From Diplonema japonicum (Eukaryota > Protista > Euglenozoa: Diplonemea): a stretch of 64,000 nt of DNA. The notes beneath the pieces were generated by a model. That model ran no database searches. It was not told the origin of the DNA and worked only from the letters and a program-made list of their open reading frames with translations. Each line of letters opens with the position of its first letter. The first letter of the stretch is position 1. Positions 57,582 through 64,000 of the stretch are shown piece after piece. Made by a program: the position numbers and the translations under genes. Where the stretch lies: NCBI GenBank assembly GCA_964019335.1, contig OZ025659.1:310001-374000 (forward strand), in the 5' to 3' direction.

Positions 57582-57795
57582 GCATGTGCCGCGATTTGTT
57601 GTAGTCTTTCATTCTTTCCAACCAAAGTTAAAAAAAAAAGAAGAAAAAAAAAAGGAGAATAGACGAAAAAAAAAAAAAAAAAAAAAAAGACAAAAAACTG
57701 TTTCTGGTCTATGTTTGATTCCCAGCTGCGCCTATTGCAGAGGAGTACATTTTTTCTGTTTTGCCTTTACATAAATCAATAAAGGTGATTTCCAC

Positions 57796-59556
57796 ATGTC
57801 GCTAAAAATATTTGTGAGGACCGCCTACCAAGAGAACGATGACGCAGTGGTAGTGTCCGTGGGCCTTGATGCAGTAGTGGCGGAGGTGTTCCATGACATC
57901 TTGCCGATGCTGTTCTCCAGGGACAGGATGCCGAGTATCCCTGAGGTGCAGCTTAGGGTAGACGGCGATGAACTGCCGCTGAAGAACAGGAGCGTACTGA
58001 GAAACTTAGGGCTGAACTTCGAAGAAGCCACATTTGTTGTGGAGGAACGTGGCGTGCCTGGGACACCTATGACGCCCTCTACGCCGATGACGATGACTCC
58101 TCATCAAGAGAGGCAGGAGAACATGACTTTGTACTCTGCATCGCCCAAATCCCAGCGCCGTTCCTCCTCAAGGCATCGAGAGTTCTACGACGGCAAAGCG
58201 GGAAGCAGTGTAGTAATGCTGGCCAACGGCGAAGGCGACATGCTCCCAGCACCAGAAGGGCGCCGCATGGTGAACACCGAAGTCCGCTCTACGTCATGCT
58301 GTCTTCCCAACGGGATGGATTACGGCATGACCCCCGTTGTGCCAAGTGGCACGAAACGTGATGACGGGCTCACGCTCCTTACAGGTGGCATCCACAAGCA
58401 GATGGATCCCCAGAGGTACAAAAAGGTTCACGATACGTCACCTCATATGCAGTCTTCTGTCGGTGACTGGTGGGGGCACAGGGGCGGCTACCCTAACCCG
58501 GACAAGGAACGTGGTGTGCGCCACACTGGACCTCCCGCGTCAAAGAAACATGTTTGGAAAGAAGGCAACGAGGGCCTCGCTGGTACCTGGCAACACCCTG
58601 TGATCCCAAACAAAAAGGCGGGCCATGGTATGCACCCGTGCAAGGAGGACAACATTGCTACGTCCCAAGGCAGCATGCAGCCGAACGGGCACGCTGCCAC
58701 GCTGCATGTGGGGAAGAAGGCTTTGTCTGTACAGCAGAGCCAGCTGGACACCGACTTGTCACCGCCGCCACAGAGAACCAACGGGCTGAAGGTTACGGAA
58801 GCGACAGGGAAAAGGCTCGCCGAGCGTGCTGATCACATGTCGACACACGGACATGGTCTCGGCCCTGGTCTTAGGGAACAGATGAGGAGTAAGGTGCCGC
58901 TGGGAAGCGAGCAGTACTTGCCCTGCGAAGAAGAGAAGTGCGCCGCTCGCAGTAGCAAAACGTTCAAGTCGTCAGTTGGCGGGTTGATGTTCACCGACAA
59001 GCAGCCCGACTCATGCCAGCCTGAGGAGAGCGTTGAGGCTTCCATGAAACGCAAGGGCCGCCCTGCTGCGCCATCATCGTTTGGTGTCCGCCCAGCTTCG
59101 CCCGAGCGGCTTGAGGCACCACCTCTTTCCTCCGACAACCTACCCGCCCTCAGGAAGAACATCATGGACAAGGTAGCGCTCTACGGGGGGCATGGCAGCA
59201 AGGGTGAGATGCAAAACGCTTGGAGACATATCTGCCAAGGGAGGCAGGCACTTGACACGAACAAGTTCTGCGCTTCGGTGGCTAGCGAGCTGCGTGTCAC
59301 GCTCAAGCCGCACGAAGTGGGGCAGCTCTTGGGATGCGAGGTGGGACAGGTTACCTTCAAGGATTTCTGCGCTATTTGCAAACCGACGAACGAGTCCGTC
59401 ATCAACAACACACCTCCGTCGGGCATGGAACGAAAGAACGAGTATGGCGACAGGGGCATCAAGATGCATGGGGGCCATAACACAACGAGCTCACCTCCCT
59501 TCGGGGTCATGGGTGACAGGGCCCCAGCCCACAGATCTATGCGCCGTGCTTTTTAA
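57796..59556 (+). CDS. Hypothetical protein with ubiquitin-like N-terminus and EF-hand-like C-terminus
   Basis: Ubl-like MSLKIFVRT...L.VDG.EL...L..LGL, a disordered middle, and GQVTFKDFC. Confidence 0.65.
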   Translation: MSLKIFVRTAYQENDDAVVVSVGLDAVVAEVFHDILPMLFSRDRMPSIPEVQLRVDGDELPLKNRSVLRNLGLNFEEATFVVEERGVPGTPMTPSTPMTMTPHQERQENMTLYSASPKSQRRSSSRHREFYDGKAGSSVVMLANGEGDMLPAPEGRRMVNTEVRSTSCCLPNGMDYGMTPVVPSGTKRDDGLTLLTGGIHKQMDPQRYKKVHDTSPHMQSSVGDWWGHRGGYPNPDKERGVRHTGPPASKKHVWKEGNEGLAGTWQHPVIPNKKAGHGMHPCKEDNIATSQGSMQPNGHAATLHVGKKALSVQQSQLDTDLSPPPQRTNGLKVTEATGKRLAERADHMSTHGHGLGPGLREQMRSKVPLGSEQYLPCEEEKCAARSSKTFKSSVGGLMFTDKQPDSCQPEESVEASMKRKGRPAAPSSFGVRPASPERLEAPPLSSDNLPALRKNIMDKVALYGGHGSKGEMQNAWRHICQGRQALDTNKFCASVASELRVTLKPHEVGQLLGCEVGQVTFKDFCAICKPTNESVINNTPPSGMERKNEYGDRGIKMHGGHNTTSSPPFGVMGDRAPAHRSMRRAF

Positions 59557-59675
59557 TGTAATACACGCCCCCCCCCTTTTTTTTTGTACTTGCTGGTGTT
59601 CAGTTCTATTGTTTTGTACATTCCTTATTTTTAAATTTTGTTGTATTGTGTTCTCCATGCATAGCACCACAGGCA

Positions 59676-60977
59676 ATGGAACCCATCACGCTGAAGGATG
59701 CTCTCATGAAGATACGGGAGCTGAAGAGCTACGCTGCCGACATGGAGTGCCATTACGAGAAGAGGATTGATGACATGACAGACGCGCTCAACATGATGAA
59801 AAAGGAGCACATCGAAGAGTTGAAAAAAGTGCGGGCTGTGGCCAAAGAGCGCGAGGAGGTTCTAATGGAACAGATCAACCCTGAGAAGGTAAAGCAGCAG
59901 GTGTTGCACGAGGTCCGAGGACAAGCACAGGCCGAGATACAAAAGCTGCGAGAAGAGCTCACCATCGCTGAAGAAAAAGCCGCAAGCTCCGCCGTCCTCA
60001 TAAACACCTTGCAACAAGACCTCCAGCAACGCAGAGAGGAAGACGAGACCAACACTGAGCAACGAGAAGCTGAAATGGCGTATCTGAAGCAGACGCTCAT
60101 GAGGGACCAGGAGGAGAGTGCTGCACTTCGCAAGGCCTTGGAGAGAGAGCGTGTCATTCTAGCTTCCGAAAGAGATGAATGGAAGACATCGCAAGCCGAG
60201 GCTGCTGATGCCCTTGCTGCATACAGGCAACGTGCAGCTAAGGCAGAGCTCAATGCCAGGTGGGTTGCTAACATTCAACAGTCGCTGCAAGCAAAGGACA
60301 CTAGCATGAAGGCCGCCATCTCCGCTTCTGAGCTCTTGCTTGACCTCCTAGAGGCCATCCGTCTTACGTTTGGACCTATTCCAGTTGATGCGGCCATCAA
60401 CAAGGCCCTCCGCACGGTGCCCTCTGTTGGCAAGGCGGCCACCACAGGCGTCGATGTCGCCTCCCTTTTGGGAACAGGGCTGCGCGGGTTCAGCGAGACA
60501 CGTGCTGCTGCAAACTCTCGCAGCTCGCGATCTGCGTCGCCGGTGGCCAACGAGGAGCCTGTTCTGCCGCACACACCGGAGAGGGGGATCACTTCACCCG
60601 TACTGGTTCAGAAGGATTTTTTGATTCAAGCCAAGCAGCTTCAAATGGAGGCCGCTGCACTTTCGCAAACTAGGCAGCAGGAGTCCCCCCGTTGGTCACC
60701 CAGTGTAACCGCCACGAGGCCCGTGTCCCCTTCGCCGCAGCGTGGGAAAGAGTTGATCTTCGACGCGGATAGGGATGACAAGGAGCTGTTGAGACCGAAG
60801 CGCGTGAGCACAAGCCCCTCACGTGGACCGGCACCACGGAAGCCAAAACAATATGCACAAATACACCAGCAGCAGCAGCAGCAACAATACAGCCAAGATA
60901 CTTGGAACTGGTCGAGCCAGAGCACAGCGTACCCTCTCTACGCTGACATCCCGCAGGCTGTGTACGCTGCCGTATAG
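59676..60977 (+). CDS. Coiled-coil hypothetical protein with SP-rich tail
   Basis: E/K/Q/A-rich heptads. Acceptor caccacag 3 nt before the ATG. Confidence 0.75.
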   Translation: MEPITLKDALMKIRELKSYAADMECHYEKRIDDMTDALNMMKKEHIEELKKVRAVAKEREEVLMEQINPEKVKQQVLHEVRGQAQAEIQKLREELTIAEEKAASSAVLINTLQQDLQQRREEDETNTEQREAEMAYLKQTLMRDQEESAALRKALERERVILASERDEWKTSQAEAADALAAYRQRAAKAELNARWVANIQQSLQAKDTSMKAAISASELLLDLLEAIRLTFGPIPVDAAINKALRTVPSVGKAATTGVDVASLLGTGLRGFSETRAAANSRSSRSASPVANEEPVLPHTPERGITSPVLVQKDFLIQAKQLQMEAAALSQTRQQESPRWSPSVTATRPVSPSPQRGKELIFDADRDDKELLRPKRVSTSPSRGPAPRKPKQYAQIHQQQQQQQYSQDTWNWSSQSTAYPLYADIPQAVYAAV

Positions 60978-61179
60978 ACTGTACCATGTACCTATGGAAG
61001 AACCCCTCCCCGTTGATAATTTTTTACTTTCTATTTGTTATTCACCTTGTTAGACCCCTTAACCCTTTCTTTCTTTAGAGTTGTTTCCTTGCTAGATTGT
61101 TCACCTTCCACTTTTTTATTGTTAGCTTGCTTTTGTTAGACGTACCTTTTAAGTAACGTGGTTCTTCTAGGCTGCCAAG

Positions 61180-62286
61180 ATGTCCGCGTCGCCTAGCGGT
61201 TGGAGGAAGGTGTTCATCATCCCCATGGTGCTGGGGACATACTTCTGGGGAACGATCTTGCGTGACGAACTGATGAAGGAATCCGCAGGGATGACAGGAG
61301 AGGTGAACGTAGCAGAGATGATAGTTGTGCTGCCTGCTACCCTTTTGCAGAAGATGGCGCTGCACACTATTAGCAGAGCCGTGTTGGCAGAGTACTTTTT
61401 CTTGAACTGTTTCGGCTTCTTTCTTATGTCGCTGCTGTTTTACAAGCGGAGGGGTGCCTCTGCTTACATCGGCGCTTCGTACCTCACAAATGGTTTCATT
61501 GGACTCGGCCTCTGCAACTATTTGTACCCCATGACCAGTTTGGAGTACCAATATGCGGAGCAGCAGCAGGAGACGGTAAAGCGTGGAAAAGTGCCTGCGA
61601 AGGTGCAACCCAAGGGGAGCAAGAAGAGCAGCAGTGCCACCCCGCCACCGCAACTGATGCAGAAGAAAGAGGGTGAGGTGCAAATCCACACTGGGGAAAT
61701 ACCTGCTGTGAATCATTGGGTCTTCCTGGGTCTGGTGATGTTCGTCTTGGTCGCAGGGAGGGCAATTATTAAGGGGTCGAAGAGAGACATGGCATCTGCT
61801 TGCATGTACGCGCCTGTGGTGTACCTAACAGTGCCCGTTGTGCTGCTCGCAGCAAACGCGAAAATTCAGAAGATAACACTGGACCCAAGCAAGGTGAGAA
61901 CCCTGCTGCTGTTCTGGGCAATACTTGGCATTGTCGTGGCTTGGCACACACGCATGGGGAACGCCTTTTTTGTCCGCAAACTGGATTTCACTTCCTCCAA
62001 GGATTTCACAGAGAGCGCCACCCGCCTTTTTCTCCAAACCAAGGGCCTTCCGCGTGTCTACCTTGCCTTCGCCGCCCAGCTTGGTTCCTTCTGTGTCGCC
62101 GTCTCGCTGTTCACTCTGTTTGGGGGTACCACGAGCTTCCTTGTAAGGCTCTTCCTGGTGCCTTTCCACTTCCTGATCCCCACAGTCAGCATCCCTCTGT
62201 ACTTCCTTGTCCACGACTTCGTGGACCATCGCATGCTTGAGGTGGAAGAGGAGGTTTTGAAGAGGAAAGCAAAGAAGCAAGAGTAG
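61180..62286 (+). CDS. Polytopic membrane protein of unknown function
   Basis: About 8-9 hydrophobic segments and a Lys-rich C-terminus. Confidence 0.75.
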   Translation: MSASPSGWRKVFIIPMVLGTYFWGTILRDELMKESAGMTGEVNVAEMIVVLPATLLQKMALHTISRAVLAEYFFLNCFGFFLMSLLFYKRRGASAYIGASYLTNGFIGLGLCNYLYPMTSLEYQYAEQQQETVKRGKVPAKVQPKGSKKSSSATPPPQLMQKKEGEVQIHTGEIPAVNHWVFLGLVMFVLVAGRAIIKGSKRDMASACMYAPVVYLTVPVVLLAANAKIQKITLDPSKVRTLLLFWAILGIVVAWHTRMGNAFFVRKLDFTSSKDFTESATRLFLQTKGLPRVYLAFAAQLGSFCVAVSLFTLFGGTTSFLVRLFLVPFHFLIPTVSIPLYFLVHDFVDHRMLEVEEEVLKRKAKKQE

Positions 62287-62391
62287 TAACAACTAACCAG
62301 CATAAAGTGTCGTTTTATTTTCTTTTTATTAACCTGTCCCACAACAAAGAAGGCGAAGAAAAAAAAAAAAACAGGGACACAAAAAAGAAAA

Positions 62392-64000
62392 ATGTTATCC
62401 AAGGTAACCTTCCTTGCAGGTGCCACTTTGGTGGCCTGCATGGACCCCATTACACCTGCTGCGGAAGACTTGTCCACAGAGGCCAAGTCGAACATAATTA
62501 CTGAGGTCAACTTGAGGCGCAGCTGGCACGGGACGTGCAACCCGTTGGTGTGGGACGACACTCTTGCAGCTGATATTAAGAGCTGGATCGTCGACTCCAG
62601 CAGCGGGACACCCCAGTGCACCAGCCAGGCGACCAAGAAGGGGCAGAACGCGTACAACGTTTGGGTAACCACTTTCCAGTACAACCCACCCCCTGTGTGG
62701 AACCCCGCCACCGCAGCGACTGAGTGGTACAACTCGGCTTCGGGCCAGGGTTTCGAGAACGTTGTATGGAATGGCGCCACTAAGATGGCCTGTGCTCAGT
62801 GCAGGGCTGGCACCACCAACCAGGGCCACATGACCTTCGTGTACTGCCAGTTCGCTGACATCACTGGCACCTCTACGGAGAACATCAACCCTGTGAACAC
62901 AACTTGCGACAAGTGCATTGGCAAACCTGCTTGTGACGCCCCTGCCGCGTGCAAGCAGCCTGGCACTTGCAACCCAGCTACTGGCGATTGCGAGTACCTC
63001 AACGTTGCCGACGGCGCTATGTGTGATGACGGCGATGCCACCACCACCAACGACGTCTGCACTGCTGGTGTGTGCAGTGGCACCTCCAAGTGTCTCGGTG
63101 TAACGTGTGCCCCCACTGACCCCGCCTGTGCCAATGATGGTATGTGCGACCCCATGACTGGGCAGTGCATCCCGAACAACAAGGCTGACGACACAGCATG
63201 TGATGACAACAACGCTGCTACCCAGAACGACAAGTGCGTCAATGGTGTCTGCTTGGGTGCTGACCTGTGCGCAAACAAAGCCCCTTGCACTGCCCCTGAT
63301 GCCTGCCACCTTGCTGGTATCTGCAACCCTCTCACTGGTGACTGCACGCACCCCAAGCAGCCTGTGGGCACCATGTGCAACGATGGTGACGACAAGACAC
63401 AGCACGATACCTGCGACAGCAATGGAATGTGTGTAGGTGTGGACTTGTGCGCAACCTCTGACTGCAAGACGAGCGAGTGCGTTGCAACATCTACCTGCAA
63501 CCCTGCTACTGGCAAGTGCGAGGAGACGAACAAGGCCGACGATACGATGTGTGACGACGGGGAAAAGGACACAGTTGATGACAAGTGTGTGTCTGGTGCG
63601 TGCGTCGGCACTGACACTGGTTGCGGCTCTGTGACCTGCACGGTGGACCCCGCAACGTGCCAGAAGTCTGCATTCTGCATCTCCCAGACTGCTGGCATGG
63701 CCGCCACTTGTGGCTACACTTACATGACTGTGGGTGCTGCATGCGGTCCTGGTCAGGACACCAAATGCGTTAAAGTCGGTGCGACAGTGGAATGTAAGGT
63801 TCCTGACCTCTGCGCCAACAAGACGTGCGTTCCTGACCAGTGTGCCACTGATATGCCCTCCTGCGACTCTGCCACTGGTGTCTGCTCATACACAAACAAA
63901 CCCGACGGCACTCCATGTGACGACAAAATCCCGCAGACTGTGGACGACGTGTGCACGAACGGCATGTGCGCAGGTGAGAACAAGTGTGCCCACACCGACT
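62392..64000 (+). CDS. Secreted CAP/SCP domain + Cys-rich repeat (EcmA-like) protein, 3' truncated by window
   Basis: Absent from the ORF track because it is open-ended. Translation: MLSKVTFLAGATLVAC..., EVNLRRSWHG..PLVWDDTLA, GQNAY, EWY, VVW, FVYCQF, then repeats C.P.TG.C...N..DG..CDD....T..D.C..G.C.G. Confidence 0.88.
   Translation, partial: MLSKVTFLAGATLVACMDPITPAAEDLSTEAKSNIITEVNLRRSWHGTCNPLVWDDTLAADIKSWIVDSSSGTPQCTSQATKKGQNAYNVWVTTFQYNPPPVWNPATAATEWYNSASGQGFENVVWNGATKMACAQCRAGTTNQGHMTFVYCQFADITGTSTENINPVNTTCDKCIGKPACDAPAACKQPGTCNPATGDCEYLNVADGAMCDDGDATTTNDVCTAGVCSGTSKCLGVTCAPTDPACANDGMCDPMTGQCIPNNKADDTACDDNNAATQNDKCVNGVCLGADLCANKAPCTAPDACHLAGICNPLTGDCTHPKQPVGTMCNDGDDKTQHDTCDSNGMCVGVDLCATSDCKTSECVATSTCNPATGKCEETNKADDTMCDDGEKDTVDDKCVSGACVGTDTGCGSVTCTVDPATCQKSAFCISQTAGMAATCGYTYMTVGAACGPGQDTKCVKVGATVECKVPDLCANKTCVPDQCATDMPSCDSATGVCSYTNKPDGTPCDDKIPQTVDDVCTNGMCAGENKCAHTD

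Overview
Eukaryotic nuclear DNA, most likely from a euglenozoan (diplonemid-like). The evidence is two BILBO1-family genes, unidirectional gene clusters with intergenic gaps as short as 63-90 nt, lone CACAG acceptors just before start codons (consistent with SL trans-splicing), and about 34 small GT-AG introns (mostly 32-59 nt, GTATG...CACAG). All genes left of a 200-N gap (16001-16200) are on the minus strand: WW-domain membrane protein, SUCLG1, NAA60-like, TRF4-like protein with a PDZ-like insert, two unknown proteins, and a 5-copy Cys-rich proteolipid cluster. All genes right of it are on the plus strand: REJ/GPS protein, cyclin L, PQ-loop, FNR-like, CID protein, WDR34, AHI1, pseudo-cyclase/MEKK receptor, MLO, GH43-like, HAUS7-like, PD-(D/E)XK-like, TTC39, AzgA, SPT5, PH protein, BILBO1-like x2, IQ protein, TSP_C/cadherin surface protein, three unknowns, and a CAP + Cys-repeat protein. 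The best leads are 3'-clustered introns, intron presence/absence with an invariant intron among paralogues, a candidate poison exon in cyclin L, ATG-to-stop homogenisation of the BILBO1-like pair, and a dispersed 39-nt acceptor-like module. No rRNA, tRNA or CRISPR was seen. All splice models and family calls were made by eye, without searches.
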